From NCBI GenBank assembly GCA_965204375.1, contig OZ241986.1:1216001-1280000 (forward strand): a stretch of 64,000 nucleotides of DNA, written 5' to 3'. Under the pieces are notes generated by a model. The model was not told where the DNA came from, did not search any database, and saw only the letters and a list, made by a program, of their open reading frames with translations. Position numbers and translations under genes: made by a program. This DNA is from Candidatus Latescibacterota bacterium. GTDB taxonomy: Bacteria; Latescibacterota; UBA2968. Shown here piece by piece: positions 40,361-50,080 of the stretch (the stretch's first letter is position 1; each line of letters begins with the position of its first letter).

Positions 40361-41679
40361 AACGTATCGTCGTCCAAGAGCATACGAAAATCGTCCGATG
40401 GGACGGAGAAGGTACACTCCCATTTTTTTCAGACATTAAATGGCTTGAACAGCGTCTCTATGATCGGCTCAAGCGATTCGATCAACGCGGACGTGCCGAG
40501 AAAGACCGCGTGTTTTCGTGGGGCGACCGCAGTGCCCGAACAACTCAGTGGGTCGGTGTTATCCAGGTACCAGGCTTGCAAGTCGAAATACTTCCCAAGA
40601 TAGACGAGGCAGACTTCAACGGGAAGGATGAGAAACAAATTCAGGCGCGTAGCAATTTGCTCTACATGCTCTCTGTCGCCGGGCAAGTGCCGGTACGGGA
40701 ACGCGACGTTGCACGCTTAGCCAGTCGCAAGGCATCGCTCTCTGAGACTCTTGCGGCCATCTTCGCGGATCGGCTCCGCCGTGAATTGCTACGCGGCCCT
40801 GAGCGAGCCTATATACGTCGGGAGGAAAATCTTCGACGGTTCAAGGGCAAACTACTGATCGCCCAACAGGTGCGCCGCAACGCAGCGCATCGCGAGCGTT
40901 TCTACTGTCGGTTTGAAGAGTTTTCCGAAGACACGTTGATGAACCGTATCTTTCGCGCCGCGTGCCGAGTCCTGCTTAACGCCACGCACACCCCATCGAC
41001 GCAGGACAGGTTGCGGCATTGCCTACTTTTGCTTGATGGCGTTGAGGATGTGTTTGTCCAAGACGAGTTGTTTGACCAGATAACCATTACGCGACAGAAC
41101 GAGCGTTTCGCCGATGTGCTTCACTTCTGCCGACTGATTTTGCAGGGACTTTCCCCTACGGTTCAAGCGGGAAGAGAACGCAGCTTTTCACTACTGTTTG
41201 ACATGAACCGCGTCTTTGAAGACTTTGTGACAGCGTTTCTCAAAAAACAGGTGATACCCCACTTGGATGGATACCGTCTTTATCCTCAGGCTAAAAGCCA
41301 ACGGCGACATTTAATGAGAGATAGGGGCCGAGGTGTGCTACTGCTACAGCCCGATATCCTAATTACATCGAATGACCGGCATTTGGTCTTGGATACCAAA
41401 TGGAAACAATTCTCGAGCACGGTTGGAAGCGACGATCTGTACCAGCTCTACGCTTACACAAAACGTTATGAGTGTCGGCGTAGCGTTCTCCTCTACCCTC
41501 AAGTTTCTGAGGCTAAGTGTCTCGACTTCGATATTATTATGGGTACCGATGGGGCTAAAACCGGCGAACAGGTTGGTGTACGGTTTGTCAATCTCCGCCG
41601 CGACCTGCATAATAAACGCTCAGATAGAGATGCGCTTGCTTGTGAGCTCAAGCATATCGTGCAAGAGGGATTCCCTTAA
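40357..41679 (+). CDS. mcrC: McrC-like PD-(D/E)xK nuclease
   Basis: VGVIQ...EILPKI, LFDMNRVFEDFV, PDI...LDTKWK, DLYQLYAY; GTGA overlap with mcrB. Confidence 0.92.
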   Translation: MKRIVVQEHTKIVRWDGEGTLPFFSDIKWLEQRLYDRLKRFDQRGRAEKDRVFSWGDRSARTTQWVGVIQVPGLQVEILPKIDEADFNGKDEKQIQARSNLLYMLSVAGQVPVRERDVARLASRKASLSETLAAIFADRLRRELLRGPERAYIRREENLRRFKGKLLIAQQVRRNAAHRERFYCRFEEFSEDTLMNRIFRAACRVLLNATHTPSTQDRLRHCLLLLDGVEDVFVQDELFDQITITRQNERFADVLHFCRLILQGLSPTVQAGRERSFSLLFDMNRVFEDFVTAFLKKQVIPHLDGYRLYPQAKSQRRHLMRDRGRGVLLLQPDILITSNDRHLVLDTKWKQFSSTVGSDDLYQLYAYTKRYECRRSVLLYPQVSEAKCLDFDIIMGTDGAKTGEQVGVRFVNLRRDLHNKRSDRDALACELKHIVQEGFP

Positions 41680-41696
41680 GAAGACGGGAGTTCGTG

Positions 41697-41888
41697 ATGA
41701 CCAGACAGTTGACAGCAATTATCGAACGCGAAGGCGATGGCTATGTCGCCCTCTGCCCTGAGTTGGATATCGCGAGTGAGGGAACAACCGTGGCTGGAGC
41801 GCGGGAAAATTTGAAGGAGGCATTGGAATTGTTTTTTGAGACGGCATCAGCGACCGAAATCCAGTATCGGTTACACGAGGAAGTGTAA
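41697..41888 (+). CDS. HicB-like antitoxin, orphan and possibly C-terminally clipped
   Basis: IIEREGDGYVALCPELDIASEGTTVAGARENLKEALEL; no hicA adjacent. Confidence 0.8.
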   Translation: MTRQLTAIIEREGDGYVALCPELDIASEGTTVAGARENLKEALELFFETASATEIQYRLHEEV

Positions 41889-41923
41889 CATTAGAGTAAA
41901 TTAAATTGCAAGAGGAAAAAGCT

Positions 41924-42151
41924 GTGCAGCACCGTCACTTGAATCATCAAAACTTTACGCTCGCCGCGATAGACGATGTGATTCGTCGGGGTCGGTGGGA
42001 CGATTGGGCGGAGTTGCGTCGTGCTGCTCTGGAAGACCGTACTTTGCTCGACAAGATTGAGCGCGTCTGCGCCCATTGCGTCGCTGACCCTTATGCCCAG
42101 CGTCATCATTTTTGGATGAACTATGTCAAAAAACACCGCGATACTTCCTGA
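41924..42151 (+). CDS. Small partner (putative antitoxin) of the AbiEii-like gene
   Basis: GTG after AGAGGA; AAIDDVIRRGRWDDW; overlaps the next gene. Confidence 0.65.
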   Translation: MQHRHLNHQNFTLAAIDDVIRRGRWDDWAELRRAALEDRTLLDKIERVCAHCVADPYAQRHHFWMNYVKKHRDTS

Positions 42152-42830
42152 GTGGGATCGCGTGCTGTCGTCGGCATGTCGTCTCCAGCAGATTCTACCT
42201 GAAGCTGTGTTAGTGGGGGGGACTGCGGCAGCCATCCATGCCGAGCATCGCCTTTCCCAGGATGCAGATCATGTGTTGCTCGATCTGCGTCGTCGATTTG
42301 ATGAGATACTCGCCCAATTAGAGTCGGTGTCTGGGTGGCAGACGGCCCGTGTGACGCGCCCGGTCCTAATACTCGGCAGCCTTGATGGAATTGAGACGGG
42401 TGTGCGCCAATTGATCCGTGACGAGCCGCTGGAAACAACGACGCTCCAACATCGGGATGCGATGTTGACCCTTCCAACTCGAGCGGAGATACTCCGGATC
42501 AAAGGCGTGTTGATTCTCAAACGCAACGCGACACGCGACTATATCGATTTTGCTGCACTCGCACACCAGATGGGCGACCAGGCTATAGCAGAAGCTTTGC
42601 GACCTTTCGACAGGTTGTACCGCCAGGACAGTGGGGAGTCCGCATTGCAACAATTACAGGTGCAACTCTCAAATCCCTTGCCCTACGACTTAGAAGATAC
42701 GGAACTTTCCGAATACAAGGACCTCGCCGCACAGTGGCACGACTGGAACGCGGTGATAGTGGTTTGCACCCATGTCGCGGTTGTTGCTTTTGATTATATT
42801 TGCGATCAGAATGACTCGGTCCAGAACTGA
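42123..42830 (+). CDS. AbiEii-like nucleotidyltransferase (type IV TA toxin)
   Basis: LVGGTAAA..HRLSQDAD and K...RNATRDYID motifs. Confidence 0.82.
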   Translation: MSKNTAILPEWDRVLSSACRLQQILPEAVLVGGTAAAIHAEHRLSQDADHVLLDLRRRFDEILAQLESVSGWQTARVTRPVLILGSLDGIETGVRQLIRDEPLETTTLQHRDAMLTLPTRAEILRIKGVLILKRNATRDYIDFAALAHQMGDQAIAEALRPFDRLYRQDSGESALQQLQVQLSNPLPYDLEDTELSEYKDLAAQWHDWNAVIVVCTHVAVVAFDYICDQNDSVQN

Positions 42831-43285
42831 TGTTACCCAATTTAACTGTGCGTCCAGCACAGACTTCTGATAGAATTTCAGTTAATGAATTAGTGAAAAC
42901 GATTGGACCACAATGCGTTGTGGGGGTTTCGAGTGAGTGCGCGCCCATAGATGCGGAACAGACGCTCGTGGCTGTGCAGGGCGATTGTGTGATTGGGTTT
43001 TTGGCGTGGCATCAAGATGAGATGCAGGCTGTAATTGTGGGACTTGGGGTGCGTGACACGCATCGGCGCTTTGGCGTGGGAACGCAGTTGGTCAATGCGC
43101 TGACAGAGCATTTGCGGGAGGTTGGGACGCGGTTGTTGGAAGTGATTGTGCCGTGCGATAGGGTGGGCGCGATGGCCGTTTTTGATTCGGTGGGGTTCAG
43201 GCGGCTGGGGCGCAGTGCCGCGGACTGTGTTACATTTGAGTATCGTTTGTGGGGACGCAGAAATCGGGCAGATGGGTTTGCGTGA
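42830..43285 (+). CDS. GNAT N-acetyltransferase
   Basis: LGVRDTHRRFGVGTQLV motif A; FDSVGF. Confidence 0.85.
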   Translation: MLPNLTVRPAQTSDRISVNELVKTIGPQCVVGVSSECAPIDAEQTLVAVQGDCVIGFLAWHQDEMQAVIVGLGVRDTHRRFGVGTQLVNALTEHLREVGTRLLEVIVPCDRVGAMAVFDSVGFRRLGRSAADCVTFEYRLWGRRNRADGFA

Positions 43286-43390
43286 TCTGTTGTAATTATA
43301 ACAGGATGTGAGAGATGCGCGGTTGCATCTTTTGCCTCCTGTTATTAGTTTGGTGGCTGATGTCAGGCAGGTGATTGAGAAAGGTGGACT

Positions 43391-45346
43391 ATGGCCGAAG
43401 TAAAAGCCTCAAATACAACAGATGCGGCAACGCGCGAAGGGATTACGCTCAGGGCTGTTCTTTTTGGGTTGGTGGTGGTGCTGTGGATTGCGTTTTGGAA
43501 TACGCATGCCGAGTATATTGCCCACACATCGCGTATGAATATCAGCCATTTCCCAATGGTATTGTTGTGTACCTATGTGCTGGTGGTGTTGCTGAATCAA
43601 CTGGTGCGCTGGGTAAAGCCCCGGTATGCGCTGTGTCAAACCGAGTTGCTGGTGGTACTGGCGATGGGGCTTTTGGGCGCGGCCATTCCCGCCTATGGTT
43701 TGACGAGTTTTTTCCTGGGCATGATTTCGGTGCCGCATTATTTGGCGACGCCCGAAAATCAATGGTCGGAATTTGTCCATCCGCATTTGCCCGATTGGCT
43801 GGTGCCGAGCAATGAAGGCTATGCCATGCAATGGCTTTACGAGGGTCTGCCTGCGGGGCAGTCCATTCCATGGGACGTGTGGGTTGTGCCGCTGTTCTGG
43901 TGGTTGAGCGTTGTTGCGGCCATTGCTCTGGCATCTATCGCGCTTTCGAGTATGTTGCGAAAACAGTGGTCGGAGCACGAGCGCGTGGCCTATCCCGTGC
44001 TCGGTCCGCCAGTAGATCTGGCTTCAGCGGCTGATGCGCCAAAGCGGGAAGGCATTTTGTACAATCGGTTGTTCTGGATCGGATGTGGCCTGATTTTTTT
44101 TGTGAAGGCGTGGAATATTATGTCGTATTTCAACCCCGGTATTCCCATTATCTGGTTGGGGCAGCAGTGGTTTTATTTTGCCAGATTTTATCCGCCGCAG
44201 CATACAGGGGTGAATTTTTTTACGATTGGTTTTGCGTATTTTGCCAATGTAGATGTGTTGTTTTCCATTCTGGTCTTTCACGTTCTATATCTCAATGAGA
44301 TTGCTTTTTTTCGCAGGATTGGGTTCACATTGTCGGCCAAAACAGGTCCCGGCGATGCGGTGGCTGGTCTGCAAAGTGCCGGGGCATTTATCGCTCTGGT
44401 ATTCTGGACATTTTGGACAGCGCGGCTGCATTTGAAGGATGTGTTTCGCAAGGCCTGGCGGGGCGATGATACCGTGGATGATTCGAATGAGTTGATGTCG
44501 CATCGCATGGCGGTTATTTCGCTTGTGATCAGCGTGTTGTTCATGTTGTTGTGGTTGCGCACCATGGGGTTGGAATGGAAATTTGTGTGTCTGTTAACTC
44601 TGGGTTTGTTCATCGCTTATGTCGGGCTTGCCCGCATTATTGCCGAAACTGGTGTGGTGTATATGAGCATGCCGATCAACGAGGCTGGGTTCGCAGGTTT
44701 GTTTTTTCATCCGGCGGATTATTCGGCGGGGGCGCGAACGTCGATCACATTGTTTTCTTCCCTGCGTTGCCAGAGTAAGGCGATGTTTATGGTGCCTCTG
44801 GTTCATATTGCGAGGTTGGGCGAGTTGATCCAGCAGCAAAGGGGGCGTTTGTTGATGGTCGTGCTTGTGACGCTTGTCGTCGGGATTGGTGGCACGATAA
44901 TTCTGACGATTTTTTTGAGTTATACTTATGGCGCGTATAATTTTAATGATCTTCCATTTACGCGCTATCCGCCGCGCGTGTACGACGCTCTGGTCAAAGC
45001 GTTAAAAGAAGTGCCCGAATACAAACCCGAACGCTATTTGTTTTTAGGGGCAGGGATGGTCATTTTTAGTGTTATGAGTTTTTTGCGGTATCGCTTTACA
45101 TGGTGGCCTCTGCATCCTATGGGGATGATTGTGCCTGTGGGACACGCGATGCATTCGACGATGTCTATTTTGATTGCGTGGAGTGCCAAAGCGATTATTC
45201 TTCGCATTGGCGGGGCTTCGCTTTATCGGCGTAGCAGGCCCTTTTTTGTCGGGATGCTGGTGGGCTATGGGCTTGCTGTGTTCACGTCCTATGTGGTGGA
45301 TCAAATCTGGTTTCCCGGACGTGGGCATCACATGCATTCGTGGTAG
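43391..45346 (+). CDS. DUF6785/DUF6784-like multi-pass membrane protein (OPT-like peptide transporter)
   Basis: Many TM helices; LRKQWSEHERVAYP, RIIAETG, WWPLHPMG, RPFFVG. Confidence 0.75.
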   Translation: MAEVKASNTTDAATREGITLRAVLFGLVVVLWIAFWNTHAEYIAHTSRMNISHFPMVLLCTYVLVVLLNQLVRWVKPRYALCQTELLVVLAMGLLGAAIPAYGLTSFFLGMISVPHYLATPENQWSEFVHPHLPDWLVPSNEGYAMQWLYEGLPAGQSIPWDVWVVPLFWWLSVVAAIALASIALSSMLRKQWSEHERVAYPVLGPPVDLASAADAPKREGILYNRLFWIGCGLIFFVKAWNIMSYFNPGIPIIWLGQQWFYFARFYPPQHTGVNFFTIGFAYFANVDVLFSILVFHVLYLNEIAFFRRIGFTLSAKTGPGDAVAGLQSAGAFIALVFWTFWTARLHLKDVFRKAWRGDDTVDDSNELMSHRMAVISLVISVLFMLLWLRTMGLEWKFVCLLTLGLFIAYVGLARIIAETGVVYMSMPINEAGFAGLFFHPADYSAGARTSITLFSSLRCQSKAMFMVPLVHIARLGELIQQQRGRLLMVVLVTLVVGIGGTIILTIFLSYTYGAYNFNDLPFTRYPPRVYDALVKALKEVPEYKPERYLFLGAGMVIFSVMSFLRYRFTWWPLHPMGMIVPVGHAMHSTMSILIAWSAKAIILRIGGASLYRRSRPFFVGMLVGYGLAVFTSYVVDQIWFPGRGHHMHSW

Positions 45347-45351
45347 GAGAT

Positions 45352-46794
45352 ATGAGCAATCAGTCTTTGGCAACACGAGCGGTGCGCGGGGCGTTTTGGA
45401 CGGGCGGCGGGTTGGGCGTGCATCTCATCGTGACACTGATTTTTTTTCGGATTCTAAATCTGGAAGATATGGGGTATTTCATCTGGGCACAGCGCGTTCT
45501 GGTTCTGTTTCAGATGGTTGGGGTATTGGGTCTAAACGATGCTTTGATAAAATATCAAGATGCCTCGCAGATCCATTTTTCCTCTGCTTTTTGGGCCTGT
45601 TTTTTTGTGGGGATTGCGCTTTTTGCCGGGTTTATAGTGAGTGAGTGGCTTTTGATTATCTGGCTGGGAAGAACGCCGAATATCGCGGCGTTCTTTGATA
45701 TTGCAAAACCCATGGCTTTGATTATTCCCCTCGCGTCTGTTTCGGGCATTGTGAAAGCAATTCTGGCTCGGGAGTTGCGTTTTCAATCCATAGCCATAAG
45801 TGAAATGGCCGCTGCTTTGATTGCCGCAATGGTTGGCATTGGTCTTCTCGTTAGTGGTTGGGGCATAAAAAGTGCGGTTTGGAATGCAATAACGAGGGAG
45901 ATCGCGTTGTTGGGCGGTTTGTGGATTGCCGCTGCCTGGATGCCATCGCTGTCGTTTAGTTGGGCAAAGCTGAAGGCACTTTTGCCATTTGGATTTAATG
46001 TTTCTGGCGCAAATCTGCTCAACAATATCAACAATAACCTGGACAAGGTCTATTTTGTTCCCGTTTTGCTGGGACCTGTTGCTGCGGGTCTATACGCTTT
46101 TGCATATCAATACACAATGGTTCCATTGAATCGGGCGAGTGTTGTGCTGACGCGGGTGATTTTTCCGGCTTTTTCCGTGGTGCAACGCAATAATCAGACT
46201 TTGCGACGGGGATATACGCGCACGATTGCTGCGATTGCCCTTTTGTCCTGGCCCGCGCTAATAGGTGGTTTTATTTATGGGCGAGAAATTTTGTTGCTCG
46301 TCAAGGGCGAGGAGATGTTGCCTGCTCTTAATCCACTCAGGCTGTTGATTTTAGCGGGTATGCTTAAAGCTGTGGGCACGGTTGTGGGATCGGTTTTTCT
46401 CGCCAAGGGAAAGGCAAACTGGTCGTTTCGGTGGACGCTTGTAAATCTGATTGTTTTTGTGCCCGCGCTTTATTGGGGTGTGCGCTATGGCATTGATGGG
46501 ATCGCCGCCGTGCTCTCAGTGGCTGCCGTGCTATTTCTCGTGGTTACGCAAATACTGGTCAACCGGTTGATTGATTTGCAAATGTCTGATTATTTCAAGT
46601 CATTTGTCGGGCCGTTGTTGACGACACTGTTGGTCGCGGTTGCGCTGGTCTCGGTTCGGTCATTGACAGATCTGGGGCATGTTGAATCTCTGTTGGTGGG
46701 GGTGATGGTCGGGAGCATTGCTTATGCGATTGCTATTCGTTTGTTTATGTGGGCATTTGTGATGCGGTTCTGGCGTGATTTCCGGGGGCAATAG
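45352..46794 (+). CDS. Wzx-like polysaccharide flippase (MOP family)
   Basis: RAVRGAFWT, RELRF, NNLDK...LGPVAAGLY, VIFPAFS. Confidence 0.88.
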   Translation: MSNQSLATRAVRGAFWTGGGLGVHLIVTLIFFRILNLEDMGYFIWAQRVLVLFQMVGVLGLNDALIKYQDASQIHFSSAFWACFFVGIALFAGFIVSEWLLIIWLGRTPNIAAFFDIAKPMALIIPLASVSGIVKAILARELRFQSIAISEMAAALIAAMVGIGLLVSGWGIKSAVWNAITREIALLGGLWIAAAWMPSLSFSWAKLKALLPFGFNVSGANLLNNINNNLDKVYFVPVLLGPVAAGLYAFAYQYTMVPLNRASVVLTRVIFPAFSVVQRNNQTLRRGYTRTIAAIALLSWPALIGGFIYGREILLLVKGEEMLPALNPLRLLILAGMLKAVGTVVGSVFLAKGKANWSFRWTLVNLIVFVPALYWGVRYGIDGIAAVLSVAAVLFLVVTQILVNRLIDLQMSDYFKSFVGPLLTTLLVAVALVSVRSLTDLGHVESLLVGVMVGSIAYAIAIRLFMWAFVMRFWRDFRGQ

Positions 46795-46865
46795 ATTGTG
46801 ATTGTGTTGTCCGCCCGTTCATGGCATAATGCAAGTGTCTGGGTGGAAAACTAAAGGAGGCTGCT

Positions 46866-47948
46866 TTGAAAACCTACCGCGTGGGTATTATTGGATTGGG
46901 ACGGATGGGCAGCACTATTGACGATGAAGGGCATGCTGTCAAACCGTATTCTATTGCGGCTTGTTGTGAGGTGATAGATCAACTCGAACTGGTCGCTGGA
47001 TCTGATTTGCAAGCAGATAAGCGGGCGGATTTTACCGAGCGATGGGGTGTAGAGGCTGTTTACGAAAATTATCTGGAGATGGTGGCGCGAGAGTCGCTCG
47101 ACCTGGTGGCGGTGTGTACAACGGCTTCGGGTTTGTTTAAGCCCGCCAATGAAGCACCTGATGCCAATTTCAGGGGCGATTCGCATGCGGATTTAACCGT
47201 GAGCCTTGCCAATGCTGGAGTGCCGATGTTATATGTGGAGAAGGCGATGGCGAGTTCGATGGTGCGGGCGGATGAGATTTTGGAAGCGGTGAGAGCAAAT
47301 GGGACGGTGTTTAATTCGGGTGTTTTGAGACGATTTAACCTGAGTTATCACGCCGTGCGCCGCGCAATTGCCGAAGGTGAAATTGGCGACCCCAGAGCAG
47401 CTATTCACTACGCGGCTTCGTCTTTGATGCATGGGCATATCCACTCTATAGATACGCTCTCTTTTTTGTTGGGCGATCCGAAAATCGAAGCGGTGCGCGG
47501 TGAATTGTTGCCGCGAGATTTTGCGATTGAAAACAATCACATTGCTTTTGATCCGAGCGCGACTTTTCAATTGCGATTTGAAAATGGCATAGAAGCCTGT
47601 TCGGTACCCGCTGGCGGATGGGAGTTTGAGGTGATAGGGACAAAAGGGTGCATCCGGTCGATTAACAATGGGGATGGCATAAAGCTCAGAAAAGTCGGTG
47701 ACATGGTGGGCAAACGCCAGGGTTGGGATGATGCAGAGATCGCGCCTGTTGCGCCGAAAAGCCATGTGGTGTCGTGTCTTGAGGATCTGATAGACGCTTA
47801 TGAGCAAGGGCGTCCGACGCTGGGACATGTGGAGATCGCCCATCATATCACTGAGGCTTGTATTGCCGTGGCGGAGAGTCATCACCGGGGGAGTTCGTGG
47901 GTTAATCTACCGTTGGAAGAACGGGATTTGTACATCTTTCACGTTTAA
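46866..47948 (+). CDS. Gfo/Idh/MocA oxidoreductase
   Basis: GLGRMG, EKAMA; TTG start after AAGGAGG. Confidence 0.88.
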   Translation: MKTYRVGIIGLGRMGSTIDDEGHAVKPYSIAACCEVIDQLELVAGSDLQADKRADFTERWGVEAVYENYLEMVARESLDLVAVCTTASGLFKPANEAPDANFRGDSHADLTVSLANAGVPMLYVEKAMASSMVRADEILEAVRANGTVFNSGVLRRFNLSYHAVRRAIAEGEIGDPRAAIHYAASSLMHGHIHSIDTLSFLLGDPKIEAVRGELLPRDFAIENNHIAFDPSATFQLRFENGIEACSVPAGGWEFEVIGTKGCIRSINNGDGIKLRKVGDMVGKRQGWDDAEIAPVAPKSHVVSCLEDLIDAYEQGRPTLGHVEIAHHITEACIAVAESHHRGSSWVNLPLEERDLYIFHV

Positions 47949-47968
47949 GCCATCATTGGGAGCAGGTC

Positions 47969-49045
47969 ATGAAAACATATCGCGCAGCATTGATTGGATG
48001 CAGTCGGATGGGTGCATTTATTGACAACGAGGTGGATCACACGCGGGCGTATTCCCATGCGGCGGGATACGAGGCATGTGATCGAACAGATCTGGTCGCG
48101 TGTTCGGATCTGCGCGAAGATGTGATGGCGCGGGCTGGCGAGCGATACGGAGTGCCTAAATCGCGGCAGTACACGGATTATCGGGAACTTATCAATACGG
48201 AAGAGCCAGATATTGTGAGCGTGGCGACGCAGCCAGAGCAGCGCGCAGAAATTGTGGTATATGCTGCCGAGCACGGGGCAAAGGCGATTTATGCTGAAAA
48301 AGCGATGGCGGCTTCTATGGCAGATGCCGATGCGATGGTCGATGCGTGTGAGCGCAATGGTGTGTTTTTCAATCTGGGCACCAATCGGCGATGGGATAGA
48401 GGGTATGACAGTATGAAGGGGGTGATTGACAGCGGACGTATTGGGCGGTTGCGGTCGCTGATCATTCACCAGACGAGTTCTCTTTTCAATGGTGCGAGTC
48501 ACAGTTTTGATCTGTTGATGCGCCTCAATAGCGACCATCCCGCGTCGTGGGTGCAAGCACATCTATCGCAGGGTGCAGACGAGATTGAGGGAAATATTTT
48601 AAAGGCGGATCCCGTAGGGCATGGGATTATCCAGTTTGAAAACGGCGTGACGGCTTATGCCCTCAATTCTGGACGCGGTTTGGAGGTTGAAGCTGTGGGC
48701 GATGCGGGTGTTGTGACGAGCTTGCAAAATGGCGCGGGGTGGCAGGTGCGCGAGGTGGTTGGGCACGATCACAGGGGACGAAATGTGCTGGGATTTGGGG
48801 ATTTTCCAGAGGTGGAGCCGACGAGTTCAACGGTGCATTTGATTGAGGATCTGGCACATGCGCTGGATACGGGTGAGCCGACGCGGTGCGGTGTGCGGTT
48901 GGCACATGCCAATCAAGAATTGATTTTTGCCTGTGTCGAGTCGCACCAGCGAGGGGGCGAGCGGGTGCATCTGCCGTTGAAAGACTGTCCCTATCGCATG
49001 GATCGCGGTTTTGCACCCAGGCAACCGAAGTTTGAACGTGAATAA
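47969..49045 (+). CDS. Gfo/Idh/MocA oxidoreductase
   Basis: GCSRMG, EKAMA, NRRW; paralogue of the preceding gene. Confidence 0.88.
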   Translation: MKTYRAALIGCSRMGAFIDNEVDHTRAYSHAAGYEACDRTDLVACSDLREDVMARAGERYGVPKSRQYTDYRELINTEEPDIVSVATQPEQRAEIVVYAAEHGAKAIYAEKAMAASMADADAMVDACERNGVFFNLGTNRRWDRGYDSMKGVIDSGRIGRLRSLIIHQTSSLFNGASHSFDLLMRLNSDHPASWVQAHLSQGADEIEGNILKADPVGHGIIQFENGVTAYALNSGRGLEVEAVGDAGVVTSLQNGAGWQVREVVGHDHRGRNVLGFGDFPEVEPTSSTVHLIEDLAHALDTGEPTRCGVRLAHANQELIFACVESHQRGGERVHLPLKDCPYRMDRGFAPRQPKFERE

Positions 49046-49056
49046 AGGAGGTTATT

Positions 49057-50073
49057 GTGGAATATCGCGAGTTTGGACAGACGGGTTTGAAGGTTTCGGC
49101 AATCGGTTTTGGATGCTGGGAATTGGGCGGGGGATATGGGTCTATTGATGACGCTGAGGTCGTCGCTGCGGTCAACCGCGCAGTTGATCTGGGGATCAAT
49201 TGTTTTGATACGGCGCAGGGATATGGCAAGGGCGCGTCTGAGCGGTTGCTCGCGCGTGCGCTGGGACCCAGGCGCAAAGATGTGATTCTGGTTACGAAGT
49301 TCGGCATTGGATACGAGCATGGCAGAGATAGTAGCAAAGAGATGGTACACCGGGCGATTGAGCAGAGTTTGGAGATGCTGAATACAGATTACGTCGATGT
49401 GTATCTCGTGCATTGGCCCGATCGCGATACGCCTTTTGAAGAGACTATGGGCGCTCTGGAGGAGATTGTCCAGGCAGGGAAGACTCGGTTTGTGGGGCTG
49501 TCGAATTTTACGCCTCCGGAAATCGCGCGGTGTATGGATGCGCGGCGCGTGGAGGTGTTGCAATACGGGTGTAATTTGTTTGACCGCCGCCATGTAAAAT
49601 GGACGTTTCCCTATGCCGAAGCAAATAATGTGGGAATAATGACTTATGGTTCTCTGGCTTATGGCTTGCTCGCTGGCGCGTTTACAGAAGATACGGTTTT
49701 TGAAGATAATGATTGGCGCAGAAGAGGCGGTAGCAATACGACCTTGCGCCTGTTTGAGCCGGGTATTTTCCAGCGCAATGTCCGGGCGGTGAATGAGTTG
49801 AAGGAGATCGCCGCGGGGCTGGGCAAAAATCTGCCTCATATGGCGCTGAATTGGGTGTTGTCTCATCAGGCTGTGAGTACGGCACTGGTGGGTGCGCGAA
49901 AGCCGGAAGAGGTGGAAGATAATATGGGTGCTCTGGGGTGGACGCTGGATGAGGATACAAAGCGGGCTATTGATCGGGTTTTTGCCAAATACGAGATCGA
50001 TACTGCGCCCAATAAGTGGGGTGAAATTGATTCTAAGTGGATGGATATCGATCCGTTAGAATGGGCAGAATGA
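49057..50073 (+). CDS. Aldo/keto reductase
   Basis: GFGCW, FDTAQGYG, TKFG, YLVHWPD, GLSNF. Confidence 0.95.
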   Translation: MEYREFGQTGLKVSAIGFGCWELGGGYGSIDDAEVVAAVNRAVDLGINCFDTAQGYGKGASERLLARALGPRRKDVILVTKFGIGYEHGRDSSKEMVHRAIEQSLEMLNTDYVDVYLVHWPDRDTPFEETMGALEEIVQAGKTRFVGLSNFTPPEIARCMDARRVEVLQYGCNLFDRRHVKWTFPYAEANNVGIMTYGSLAYGLLAGAFTEDTVFEDNDWRRRGGSNTTLRLFEPGIFQRNVRAVNELKEIAAGLGKNLPHMALNWVLSHQAVSTALVGARKPEEVEDNMGALGWTLDEDTKRAIDRVFAKYEIDTAPNKWGEIDSKWMDIDPLEWAE

Positions 50074-50080
50074 GGGGGAT

